A DNA stretch of 64,000 bases from Candidatus Woesearchaeota archaeon (GTDB lineage Archaea; Nanobdellota; Nanobdellia; Woesearchaeales; GW2011-AR9): assembly GCA_018655525.1 (NCBI GenBank), contig JABIJM010000002.1, positions 109,575-173,574 on the forward strand, read 5' to 3'. A program made the translations under genes and the position numbers. Position 1 is the first letter of the stretch. Every line of letters begins with the position of its first letter. Shown piece by piece: positions 19,777 to 29,327 of the stretch. The notes beneath the pieces were generated by a model that saw only the letters and a program-made list of their open reading frames with translations, had not been told where the DNA came from and did no database searches.

Positions 19777-20241
19777 TTATTTACCTTTCCTTTTAACTCC
19801 AACAACCTTTCCTTTGGTTTTTCTGAAGTTTGATCGTGTTCGTTGACCACGTACTGGTAATTTCTTCCCATGACGTACTCCACGTAATGATTTGATTTTT
19901 TTCAATCGTTTTAAATCGTTATCTTGAGTAAAAACTAAATCTCCTGTTAAAATATGTTTGTTTTCTCCAGTTTCGTAATCCTTACGTCTATTAAGCATCC
20001 ATACCGGCATACCTGCTGATTGTGGATTTTTAACAATCTCATTTAATTTTTGGATTTCTGTATCAGAAAGGTTACCTACTTTTTGGTTTTTTTCAACATT
20101 TGCTAAAGTACATACAATACCTGCAAACTGCATACCAACACCTTTAATTTTAGTTAACGCAATTTTTACTGCCTTTTCCCCAGGTACATCTACGTTTGCA
20201 ACACGTACAATATGTTTGAAATTATTTTGATTTTCTACCAT
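19777..20241 (-). CDS. rps13: 30S ribosomal protein S13
   Basis: uS13 family (FKHIVRVANVDVPGEK...; C-terminal RGQRTRSN...KGK). It is the first gene of the operon. Confidence 0.9.
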   Translation of the reverse strand: MVENQNNFKHIVRVANVDVPGEKAVKIALTKIKGVGMQFAGIVCTLANVEKNQKVGNLSDTEIQKLNEIVKNPQSAGMPVWMLNRRKDYETGENKHILTGDLVFTQDNDLKRLKKIKSLRGVRHGKKLPVRGQRTRSNFRKTKGKVVGVKRKGK

Positions 20242-20402
20242 TTTATAATTTTCAGAGAATTCACATTTACCTACCCTATACGCGTGAACTCGGGCTGAAT
20301 ATACGAAAGAGAAGCAGGTTGTTTATAAAGCTTTGCTTTTAGAAAGCTCAAAACATTAGTTTTGTTGCTATCGGAAAAACCTTGTTTTTTGTTAGCTTTC
20401 CT

Positions 20403-21854
20403 TTAGGATGGCTTAATCTGTGGATTTTGTTGGTTTTCTTCCTTATCCCCTTCTTTCTTTGGTTCAATTGAAACCTCAGAGCCATGTTCCTTATCTACAA
20501 TGACTTTCTTCTTTTTCCGACCATCTTCTTGCATCTTTAAATCACGTAAATGTCGCTTCCAACGATTCATAGTATAATTAACAGGGTTCTTGATATGGCT
20601 ACACAACATATCTTTCTCACATATGCCCATATCTACGTAATACGCTGCATTATCGCAATTTGGAGGTAACTTTTCACCTGCTTTATAATGATGCATCTGA
20701 CCGCGAATATAGCCTTCTCGTAATGGCTCTGGATTCTTAGAGTTCCACACCATCAAATACTTCTCAACTTCAGGTTTACTCCATCCAACTTTACCAAGAT
20801 AATTCATCATTGCAAATAATGTCCTTTTCTTACCGTCTTCAATACCAAGTAATGCTTTCTTAATGCAAGGAGGAAAAAAGATCTCTTGAATTGGATTTTC
20901 CAGTTTTACTTCTTGAAATTGTTTTTCTGTTTCAATCTGTCTTTTTTCATCTATTTTTGCAGCATAATCTAATGCATTTTTAAGAATCCTAGTCCCACTT
21001 TCATCAGAAACCTCACGACCTAGAAATGTAAACTCAGAAGGGATTATTTTATCTGGGTGAGCCATAGGCTTTTCAAATTCCATCACTTTAGAAGGATCAA
21101 TTGGGAGACTTGCTAATCCAGATTTCTCATGTAATGAATAAGGCATACGATAGAGGTGTCTTGATGAAATTAATACAGTGTCAATCTCCAAAAATTTGTC
21201 GACGTTAAGTTTTGATATTTTGTCGCCCATGGGGTTGGTAGAATAACGAATAATTTCTTCTTCTTTTAGCCCCACTTTTTCTTTAATTTTTCCAAAACTA
21301 CCCTCTAATTCCATAATTCTTCTTCCTAGTTCCTCGTCAATATGATCTCGGATATATAATGCAATCTTTTTAGGAAATTCAGGAAACTGTTCGCTTGTTA
21401 TAATCTCACCTACCCTTTCTGGAAACGCTTCAAAAGGCACACCAATATGGAACCCCTTATTTCCTGAAAACTTACAGCTAATGGCGTCTTCTTTCACGTG
21501 GTTAAATCTAAGAAATTTAATAATTAAATCAGCACAAATCTTACTATAATCCATAAATGGGCAATCGATATCTAACACTAAATCCCATCCGATTCTCTCT
21601 TCATTCATCTCCTTCCGCCTCATATCGGAGTGAATGTTCAAAGGATTTTGCCATCGTTCCTCGGAGGCATGTAGCGACGTTAAACCTCTTTTAGCAAAAT
21701 CAAATACATCACGAGGATAATTTAATACATCTGGTCTTTTTCCAAAAAATGTATCAAACCTTGTGCCAACCTCTTTATCGCGGGCATGTTTGATAATCTC
21801 GTTTTGAATATCTTCACGTTTATAGTACTTTAGAAGCGTGCTTTTGGTGAGCAT
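20403..21854 (-). CDS. priS: DNA primase small catalytic subunit PriS with Cys-rich C-terminal extension
   Basis: Archaeo-eukaryotic primase motifs are present (LVLDIDCPF; SGNKGFHIGVP; RHLYRMPYSLHEKSG). The 483-aa length and the C-terminal ~150 aa with four Cys (PPCIKK...; PPNCDN...GICEKDMLCSH) suggest a fused accessory or Fe-S domain. Confidence 0.8.
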   Translation of the reverse strand: MLTKSTLLKYYKREDIQNEIIKHARDKEVGTRFDTFFGKRPDVLNYPRDVFDFAKRGLTSLHASEERWQNPLNIHSDMRRKEMNEERIGWDLVLDIDCPFMDYSKICADLIIKFLRFNHVKEDAISCKFSGNKGFHIGVPFEAFPERVGEIITSEQFPEFPKKIALYIRDHIDEELGRRIMELEGSFGKIKEKVGLKEEEIIRYSTNPMGDKISKLNVDKFLEIDTVLISSRHLYRMPYSLHEKSGLASLPIDPSKVMEFEKPMAHPDKIIPSEFTFLGREVSDESGTRILKNALDYAAKIDEKRQIETEKQFQEVKLENPIQEIFFPPCIKKALLGIEDGKKRTLFAMMNYLGKVGWSKPEVEKYLMVWNSKNPEPLREGYIRGQMHHYKAGEKLPPNCDNAAYYVDMGICEKDMLCSHIKNPVNYTMNRWKRHLRDLKMQEDGRKKKKVIVDKEHGSEVSIEPKKEGDKEENQQNPQIKPS

Positions 21855-21885
21855 GTAATTTAGAAGGTTATCTGGTTAATATAGT

Positions 21886-22437
21886 TTATGGATTGATTAG
21901 TATCATAGCTTCAGGTGCCGTAAATCTAGGGTCTCCATAATTCAAACGAAGGCGTTCATTAACATCTGTGATGATGTCCGACTCCCCAATATTGTAAATT
22001 CTTGCTTCTAATGGCCCTTTTGTTGCTTTAAAAATAGGAGTGTGTTTTTGGTTCAATGTAAGATCTGGGATTAAAAGGGCGACCCTCTCCTCATTTAAAC
22101 CTCTTTTGAAGTTAATGCCAATGCAAAAGTCAAGAGTGGTGTATCCTCTGTTACATAACAAATCTATGCATCTTGAAAATGCCTCTATGTATGCTCTCTG
22201 GGGCTCACCAAGGGTAGAATTCCATTCTTGGATAGCAAAATATTTTCCTAGGCCAATTTCGCCTACTAAACAAAGTGAAATGTCAGCCTTACTGGCTACG
22301 AAATGGAATGGATTTTCTATATCTTTTCTTTGATTTTTTTTAGATAATAAAAAATATTCTCTCAACCTCTCCATTAATTCAGTAGATTTTTCTACCTCGT
22401 ACTTAATTCTTTGAGAATGATTAAATAAAAGCGACAT
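21886..22437 (-). CDS. Hypothetical protein, possibly a GINS subunit (Gins51-like), proposed from synteny with priS
   Basis: A 183-aa ORF immediately downstream of priS, an arrangement typical for archaeal GINS. Sequence similarity is not confidently recognised. Confidence 0.3.
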   Translation of the reverse strand: MSLLFNHSQRIKYEVEKSTELMERLREYFLLSKKNQRKDIENPFHFVASKADISLCLVGEIGLGKYFAIQEWNSTLGEPQRAYIEAFSRCIDLLCNRGYTTLDFCIGINFKRGLNEERVALLIPDLTLNQKHTPIFKATKGPLEARIYNIGESDIITDVNERLRLNYGDPRFTAPEAMILINP

Positions 22438-22438
22438 T

Positions 22439-22708
22439 TTACAAACTTTTAACTTCTTTTGCGAAATCTTTAGCTTGACTTTTCATGGATTTTAAAGCTT
22501 CTTTCAAAGCTTTTCTAGGGTCAGTTCCTTTTGTTTCAAGAATAAAGGTAGGGACTCCAATTAAAGGATGATCAATTTTATAACTTACCGTTTCGACACC
22601 CTTTACTTCTTGTAAAGATCTCTTTAAAAGATTACAGAATGTGTGTGTTTCGTCTTTAAGTTCAAAAACAAGTTTTGTTTTACTTTCTTCTTTAACGTTA
22701 AATTCCAT
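22439..22708 (-). CDS. rpoL: DNA-directed RNA polymerase subunit L (Rpb11 homolog)
   Basis: EDHTFCNLLKRSLQEVKGVETVSYKIDHPLIGVPTFILETKG is characteristic of RpoL/Rpb11. The start is taken at the internal Met (MEFNVKEE); the six-frame ORF extends to 22762. Confidence 0.75.
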   Translation of the reverse strand: MEFNVKEESKTKLVFELKDETHTFCNLLKRSLQEVKGVETVSYKIDHPLIGVPTFILETKGTDPRKALKEALKSMKSQAKDFAKEVKSL

Positions 22709-22884
22709 TATAATCCCTAAATTGATGATTTGTTTATAAAGTTTTCCATGAGAGAAGTTCAAAACTGAAGAATCTTATGCACTAAAATTTCATTTGAAAT
22801 TTTTGGCATCCTAAAAATTCGTAATCCAGAAAAACGTTCCTTCGTGTCTGCCTTTAATGTGGGGCGGACCGTTTTTACAAATTT

Positions 22885-23244
22885 TTATGATTCTTTAATG
22901 ATTGTCTGGATCTCCTTCTTACTTTTTCTATCCTTAAAAAACTCCTTTAATTTCAGAAATTGATTCACTTCTTTATTGATTTTATCCAAGATTTCTAAAC
23001 CAATGGGTGTAAACGTAATCATGCTTCCACCATAACTAATCAATTCCTTGTTTTCTAATGTTTCAAGATTCTTATACAACGCTCTTTGTTGTTTAATCAC
23101 AATGGAAGAATGGGACAGGAATGTTATGAATGCAATCTTAGATGTTCTCACTTTAATTGGCTTCGCAATAAGGGGTTGATTCAGCTGATGGTAGAACTGA
23201 CCTAATGCAAATAATATGAAACGTTGAGTCTTTGTGAGTTTCAT
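22885..23244 (-). CDS. Hypothetical protein (possible winged-helix DNA-binding)
   Basis: ORF only; no recognised motif. Confidence 0.35.
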   Translation of the reverse strand: MKLTKTQRFILFALGQFYHQLNQPLIAKPIKVRTSKIAFITFLSHSSIVIKQQRALYKNLETLENKELISYGGSMITFTPIGLEILDKINKEVNQFLKLKEFFKDRKSKKEIQTIIKES

Positions 23245-23295
23245 TAATTTAGAAGAGGGATGCCTCTATAAAAATATTTAGCTTGGGGAGGTTGT

Positions 23296-23715
23296 TTATT
23301 TTCTATATCTATCGACAACTTCGAAAATGTCAGCAAGAAATCTTGTTTTATTTGTGTCCCTTAAACTCTCATAAACTGTTCTCAATTCTGAAATTTGGGC
23401 AGAGTATAGGAGATCTTGTGCTTCACGCACAGTAACGGAAGGAGGGAATATCATATGGGATGAACCCTTTTTTTTTGAATTTAAAAAATCTAATCTAGGG
23501 TCATAATTGCAAGCTTCCAATAATCTCCCTACTAACTCTTCCCTGATCTTTCTTTCTCCAGAATATATTTTTTGAATAGTTGGTCTTCCTATACAAATAG
23601 CCTGGGCAAGTCTATGCTGTGTTTCATATCCATAATTATGTACTGTGACTTTAAGTAAATCAAGCTCTTCTTCAGTTATATGTTCTAAGTATAATAATCC
23701 TTTTGGTCTTCCCAT
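23296..23715 (-). CDS. Hypothetical HTH-domain protein
   Basis: ORF. A helix-turn-helix-like segment (HRLAQAICIGRPTIQKIYSGERK) is present. Confidence 0.35.
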   Translation of the reverse strand: MGRPKGLLYLEHITEEELDLLKVTVHNYGYETQHRLAQAICIGRPTIQKIYSGERKIREELVGRLLEACNYDPRLDFLNSKKKGSSHMIFPPSVTVREAQDLLYSAQISELRTVYESLRDTNKTRFLADIFEVVDRYRK

Positions 23716-23923
23716 TTATTTAATTTATCTCATTATTTTACAAAACACCTAAGAAACCACACTTAATCACTGATCGCGTAGTTCTTTTTTAAACCTTTCT
23801 CCGTTTTTCAAACATATAAATAATCCATTTTACCCTCATTAAAAAACACACCCTAACAGGTGGGGCAGATCATTATCAAAACACTTATATACCAAAAACA
23901 ATTCTTAAACTAAAAAAAGAAAG

Positions 23924-24637
23924 GTGATAATAATGAAATTAATTCTCACAAAAAAACCAAAAAATGTAACAATCATTGAAGGATTCCCCGGATTTGGTTT
24001 AATCGGTACAATTGCAACAGAATTTTTATTGGAACATTTAGATACAGAAAAAATTGGAATTGTCGAGATAGACGACATTCCTGCAATGGTAGCAATTCAT
24101 CAGAATAAGGTCATTGAACCAATTTCTATTCATTACAATAAAGCTAATAATATTGTATTAGTTCATGCAATTAACATTGGTAAAAAAATGGGCTGGAAAG
24201 TAGCAGAAGTGATTGCAAATTTAGCAAAAGAATTGTCTGCTAAAGAAATAATCTCTTTAGAAGGTGTTGGTTCGCCAACTGCAGAAGCTGGAAGAGTATT
24301 TTATTATTCTTCAAAAAATAATATCTCTAAGCGAATGGAAGGTGTCGCAAATCCTTTGATGGAAGGGATTATTGTAGGGGTTACTGGAGCATTATTGGCT
24401 AAATCTACTAAAGTTCCTTTGACTGCATTATTTGCAGAAGCAAGAAGCGGATTGCCAGATAGTAAAGCAGCTGCACATATTATTCAAGCATTAGATTCTT
24501 ACACTGGATTAAAAATAGATCCTAAGCCTTTATTGAAACAAGCACAGATGTTTGAACAAAAATTAAAAGGCATTATGAAACAACAACAAAAAGCAGAAGA
24601 AGTACAAGATGATAAACACTTAAGCTATGTTGGTTAG
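23924..24637 (+). CDS. Proteasome assembly chaperone family protein (PAC2-like)
   Basis: IIEGFPGFGLIGTIATEFL and overall similarity to the archaeal PAC2/ATP-grasp-like proteasome assembly chaperone family. Confidence 0.7.
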   Translation: MIIMKLILTKKPKNVTIIEGFPGFGLIGTIATEFLLEHLDTEKIGIVEIDDIPAMVAIHQNKVIEPISIHYNKANNIVLVHAINIGKKMGWKVAEVIANLAKELSAKEIISLEGVGSPTAEAGRVFYYSSKNNISKRMEGVANPLMEGIIVGVTGALLAKSTKVPLTALFAEARSGLPDSKAAAHIIQALDSYTGLKIDPKPLLKQAQMFEQKLKGIMKQQQKAEEVQDDKHLSYVG

Positions 24638-25067
24638 TTTTTTATTTTTTTCATGTAATTAATTCTTTTTTTAATTTTTTTCATCAATTTAATTATCTAA
24701 TTATTATTTCTAAACTATTTAATCATTTATTTGAGGTTTTAGTTTGAGGTTCCCTTTCTTGTCAAACATTTGGTAGTTAAACTATTTAATCAAACCTTGT
24801 AAAGTCTAGTTCTTTTTGAAACAAAACCTTTTGCGTTCGCTTAAATATTTTATTCTTTATTTCTTTTATCAATTCACCGAAAATTAGGAACTTAAAATGG
24901 GCTATTTTATCAAAAAGACCTGCCTTTTCAAACAAGATCTTGCCTTCTAACTCATTCCCTTCACAAATCTTTAAAATAAACGGCGCATAATGTATATTAT
25001 GCGAAGTCTAAGAATTTTTGAGGCGTTTTTTAACAAATTTTATAAAAAAACAACACTGACTAATTAA

Positions 25068-25382
25068 ATGCCTGAAGAAAATTGGAATAAATTGCCTCTT
25101 GAAAGAAAATTAAAGGTTTATTTGGATGTTTGTTCTCCTTTTCCAAATCCTGCAGTTTATAATTCGAGTGGGATTATCTTGCATTCTTTTATTGATACTC
25201 CTTGGTTCGATGGCGTTGCCGACGCATTAAGGGGAAACGCATGCATTGCGGATCATTTATTGGATGAAGGGGATTCTTTTCAGAATAAAGGGGGCTACTT
25301 GTCTGGGCGAAATTTTTTGAGAAGAGCGGGATTGGAGCGATCTATTTTTCCTTATGAATTTATTGAGTATTATAGAAAATAA
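25068..25382 (+). CDS. Hypothetical protein
   Basis: ORF in an otherwise long AT-rich non-coding stretch (24638-25576). Coding status is uncertain. Confidence 0.3.
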   Translation: MPEENWNKLPLERKLKVYLDVCSPFPNPAVYNSSGIILHSFIDTPWFDGVADALRGNACIADHLLDEGDSFQNKGGYLSGRNFLRRAGLERSIFPYEFIEYYRK

Positions 25383-25576
25383 AACTTAAACTCTTTGATT
25401 AATATTTTCTGCGTTAAATGTTTTAAGCGATTCTTTGGTTTTTGGCTCCTTTCTTTTTCAATTCTTTTTTAACACCTCCGCTAAAACTATCTGGTTCCGA
25501 TTAAAACTTTCAGAATTCAAACAACTACTCTTTCAAAGTACCAAATACTTAAAAACCACAATAATAATATTCTTTC

Positions 25577-27304
25577 ATGGAATATAAAACAGCTCCTTGG
25601 GATCTTTCAGAGATCACACCTAAGGATATTAATAAAACATTTAAGACCATAGAACGACATACAAATAATATTGTTAAGAAAAAAAAATTATTAACAAATT
25701 CTATCTCTACAAAAACGTTCTTAGATATTGTTAAACAACTAGAAAATCTACGTATTATCTCCGCTAAATTAGGGATATCAGCACACCTTGCATGGTCTGC
25801 AAATGCTGAAGATCAAAAAGCCGCTGCACTTGCTAGTAAAGTTGAAAATTTTTTGACAAAACAAGGAAATAAACTGATATTCTTTAGTTTATGGTTCAAA
25901 AAATTATCCGATAAAAAGGCTAAACAATTAATTGCTGCTTCTGGAAAGTATCATTATCATTTTGAGATGTTAAGAAAAAGAAAAAAACATACTTTAGAAG
26001 AAAATGAAGAAAAAATTATTAACATTAAAGATACAACAGGTGCATCTGCATTAACCAATATCTATAACATATTAACAAGCAAATTTGAATATGATTTTCA
26101 AGGAGAAAAACGCACGCAAGAAGAGATGGTTACATTTGTAAGATCTTCATCTTCTAAGACGAGAAAAGAAGCATATCTGACATTATTTAAGCCGTATCAA
26201 GAACACAAGGATTTGATTGGTGAAATCTATAAGAATCTTATTAATGATTGGCGTGAAGAATCCGTAAATTTACGTGGTTACAAAGATCCAATTAATGTTA
26301 GAAATTCTGTAAATGATATTCCAGATAAGGCGATTCAAGCTTTGTTGAATGTTTGTGCAAAAAATGAAAAAATGTTTCATAAATTCTTTGAAATTAAACG
26401 TAAGAAATTAAAATTGCAGAAGCTGAGAAGGTTTGATATCTATGCTCCATTAAAAGAAGAAAAAGAAACAATTTCTTACAACAAAGCTGTAAATATGGTA
26501 CTTGAAACGTTTGAAGGATTTGCACCTGAGTTCCATGCAGCTGCGTCAAACATTATTAATCAGAATCACATACATTCTAATGTACAGAAAGGAAAGCGTT
26601 CAGGCGCGTTTTGTTGTCCAACCACAACCCAACACTCTCCATACGTTTTATTGTCTTATACAGGAAAATATAGAGATGTATCAACGCTTGCACATGAGTT
26701 AGGTCACGGGATCCATATGTCGCTTGCAAATATGAAACAAACTGAATTTACAGCTGATGCGTGTTTACCATTAGCAGAAACTGCTTCAATCTTTTCAGAG
26801 ATGTTATTATCAGAGAAAGTGATGAAAGATAATCCTAAGGCTGCAAAAAATATGTTGTTTACAAAGTTAGATGATTTGTATGCTTCAATCATCCGTCAAG
26901 CTGGATTTGTACGGTTTGAAATTCAAGCACATGAAATGATGAAAGAAGGTAAAACAATTGATGAGATGTCTGATGTGTATCTTAAGATGTTAAAGAAACA
27001 ATTAGGTCCTAAAGTTGAAGTAGATGATATTTACAAATATGAATGGGCATACATCCCACATATTTTTCACACACCGTTTTATTGTTACGCTTACGCATTT
27101 GGAAATTTGTTGACACTTGCAATTTATGAGATGTATAAAGAAAAAGGTCCTTCATTCGCACGTAAAGTTATTCATATGTTAGAAGCAGGTGGAAGTTGTG
27201 AGCCTGTGAAGATTGCAAAGATTGTGGGTGCTGATATTACTTCTGAAGCTTTTTGGCAGAAAGGGTTTGACGTGATTAAGGATATGATTAAGCAAGTTGA
27301 ATAA
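25577..27304 (+). CDS. pepF: Oligoendopeptidase F (M3B family zinc metallopeptidase)
   Basis: HEXXH zinc motif (AHELGHGIH) and overall M3B PepF-like architecture and length (575 aa). Confidence 0.85.
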   Translation: MEYKTAPWDLSEITPKDINKTFKTIERHTNNIVKKKKLLTNSISTKTFLDIVKQLENLRIISAKLGISAHLAWSANAEDQKAAALASKVENFLTKQGNKLIFFSLWFKKLSDKKAKQLIAASGKYHYHFEMLRKRKKHTLEENEEKIINIKDTTGASALTNIYNILTSKFEYDFQGEKRTQEEMVTFVRSSSSKTRKEAYLTLFKPYQEHKDLIGEIYKNLINDWREESVNLRGYKDPINVRNSVNDIPDKAIQALLNVCAKNEKMFHKFFEIKRKKLKLQKLRRFDIYAPLKEEKETISYNKAVNMVLETFEGFAPEFHAAASNIINQNHIHSNVQKGKRSGAFCCPTTTQHSPYVLLSYTGKYRDVSTLAHELGHGIHMSLANMKQTEFTADACLPLAETASIFSEMLLSEKVMKDNPKAAKNMLFTKLDDLYASIIRQAGFVRFEIQAHEMMKEGKTIDEMSDVYLKMLKKQLGPKVEVDDIYKYEWAYIPHIFHTPFYCYAYAFGNLLTLAIYEMYKEKGPSFARKVIHMLEAGGSCEPVKIAKIVGADITSEAFWQKGFDVIKDMIKQVE

Positions 27305-27799
27305 TCATGCTGTTAAAATTCTTACTCTAATCTTCTGAGTTGTAGCTTGTGAAGAAACTGGTTTTGACTGAAAATGTTCTTGCAAAGCTAACTCTAATTC
27401 AGAAGGTTTTTCTGATGGCAGAATGCTATCGTGGGGAACTACATAACTCATTGTTTGTTTAAATTTCTTTTTTCCTTTTGGGCCTGATGCTATCAATTCA
27501 CAATCATATAGTGCTCTCTGTTTATTTTCTCCTTTACCAGAAACAATCAAAGCTGCATATTTGTCTCCTTGACTCATATGGTAAACCGCTCCAGCAAAGG
27601 TAGGGGTTGAACCATCAGGGGCAAGTAACTCGACTTGAGAATCTCTTGCAATAACTGAATCGTAACCTAAACTTGCTGCCATACCATGTAATACTTGTGT
27701 GGAAAATCCTTTCTCAATTAATATCCCTGTTAATCTAATTTCTACCATTTTGTGTTTGAATAAGGTGTTTTTTATAAAGATTTTCTCAAGAATGTTCAC
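27305..27799 (-). CDS. Conserved hypothetical protein
   Basis: A 164-aa ORF with a globular alpha/beta-like composition. Family not confidently recognised. Confidence 0.4.
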   Translation of the reverse strand: MNILEKIFIKNTLFKHKMVEIRLTGILIEKGFSTQVLHGMAASLGYDSVIARDSQVELLAPDGSTPTFAGAVYHMSQGDKYAALIVSGKGENKQRALYDCELIASGPKGKKKFKQTMSYVVPHDSILPSEKPSELELALQEHFQSKPVSSQATTQKIRVRILTA

Positions 27800-27835
27800 A
27801 AAACTTTTTTAAATAACTCTCTACAAAATGATCAA

Positions 27836-28267
27836 ATGGAAAGATATTCCCTCAGAGGAGGAATAAATAATGCTGCTAAGATCTTTGGCAGAATAGAAGA
27901 TCGTTTTAATGGAGAGCTCGTAATAAGTCCGCAAGGGTCAATAATTGGTCTTTTACATGAAAGAAGTTGTCTTTCTAGATCTATTAATTTTATAGGAACA
28001 TTAGGTTCTGGAAATTATAAGGGGATTGCAATTTCTTTTGTTGTACCACCACGAAATAAAGATGCTGTTCCCATAACATATAGCCTTACAACTAAAGATT
28101 TAAATGATTTATATGCAGGAAGATATGAGTTAAGAAGAACACCTCATGTAGAAATTTTAAATGCATCTGTAGATTTTGAATTAGAAGGAAATTCTGAAGT
28201 GATTGAACTCAATCCTGATTTTGAATTAGGTGATGTTTGTGAAGTAATTTTAACCAGATTAGAATAA
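27836..28267 (+). CDS. Hypothetical protein
   Basis: ORF only. Confidence 0.35.
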   Translation: MERYSLRGGINNAAKIFGRIEDRFNGELVISPQGSIIGLLHERSCLSRSINFIGTLGSGNYKGIAISFVVPPRNKDAVPITYSLTTKDLNDLYAGRYELRRTPHVEILNASVDFELEGNSEVIELNPDFELGDVCEVILTRLE

Positions 28268-28496
28268 ATTAAAAAAATAAAAAATTATTCCATTTTCTTC
28301 TTGCAACAAGAATACCTTTCAGAAACTTTGTCCCAATTGACTAGCCACTCGACAAAAATCTTTGATCAGTTGTCTAGTGTGAAAACGCTTGAAATATCAA
28401 AAATCATTAGTTTCAATCATTTTAATTCTATTACTTCCCCACTAGACAACCACAGAGAGAACTTATAACTGACAAATATCTAAAATTTAAGGAAAG

Positions 28497-29327
28497 ATGG
28501 ATATAAGAAAAAATCATGATTTACGGTTAAGAACATATGATCATTTAATCAAACTTAAAAAACAAGGCATTTCAAGAAAAAAAATTATTGATTTAACTTA
28601 TGATAATTATAAAATTTCAATTGGAACATTATATTCATGGTATTCGGGGAATAAACCTTATGGAAGGAAAGATAATGTTGTTTATGTACCAGAATTGTTT
28701 TATGTTTTAGGAGCACTTTTAGGGGATGGTTGTCCATACCAATGGAAAATTACAAATAATTATGTTATTCTTGTAGGTGATAATAATTTTACAACAAAAT
28801 ATTCAAATAAACTTGCTTCTTGTATTAAAAAAATTGATAAACCATATATTGACAGAAGTAAAAATGTTTGGTTTGTAAGATCTAATAATTATGAATTGTT
28901 TACTCTTTTTAAAAAATCGCGTGAAAATAATGATTTTCTTAAAAAAATGATTAATAAAGAAAAACATTTATCATCTATTTTTTTTGTTGAAGGTTTCTTT
29001 GATGCTGAAGGCTGTGTCAAAATAATTAAAGAAAAAACAAGAAAAATACCAAAAATTTGTCTTGATTTTACAAATACAGACTTTAAGATTCTTGAAGTAA
29101 TTAAACTAATTCTTAAAGAAAATCTTGGAATTGATGCAAGGTATTCTGAACAAAAATCTTATGTTGGGAGAGATGGATCTTATAGAAAAAAGTGTTATCA
29201 TCTTAGAATTTACAAAAAGAATTATGTTAAAATATTCTTAGAAAATATTCACACAACAAAATTAACAAATAAAAAAGCAACTTTGGTCAAAAAATGGATT
29301 AAAAAAATAAAAATTAAGCAGTTTTAA
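28497..29327 (+). CDS. Free-standing LAGLIDADG homing-endonuclease-like protein with N-terminal HTH-like region
   Basis: Two LAGLIDADG-type motifs are present, LFYVLGALLGDGC and FFVEGFFDAEGCV. It is not embedded in an intein or intron host gene. The sequence is Lys/Asn-rich. Confidence 0.6.
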   Translation: MDIRKNHDLRLRTYDHLIKLKKQGISRKKIIDLTYDNYKISIGTLYSWYSGNKPYGRKDNVVYVPELFYVLGALLGDGCPYQWKITNNYVILVGDNNFTTKYSNKLASCIKKIDKPYIDRSKNVWFVRSNNYELFTLFKKSRENNDFLKKMINKEKHLSSIFFVEGFFDAEGCVKIIKEKTRKIPKICLDFTNTDFKILEVIKLILKENLGIDARYSEQKSYVGRDGSYRKKCYHLRIYKKNYVKIFLENIHTTKLTNKKATLVKKWIKKIKIKQF

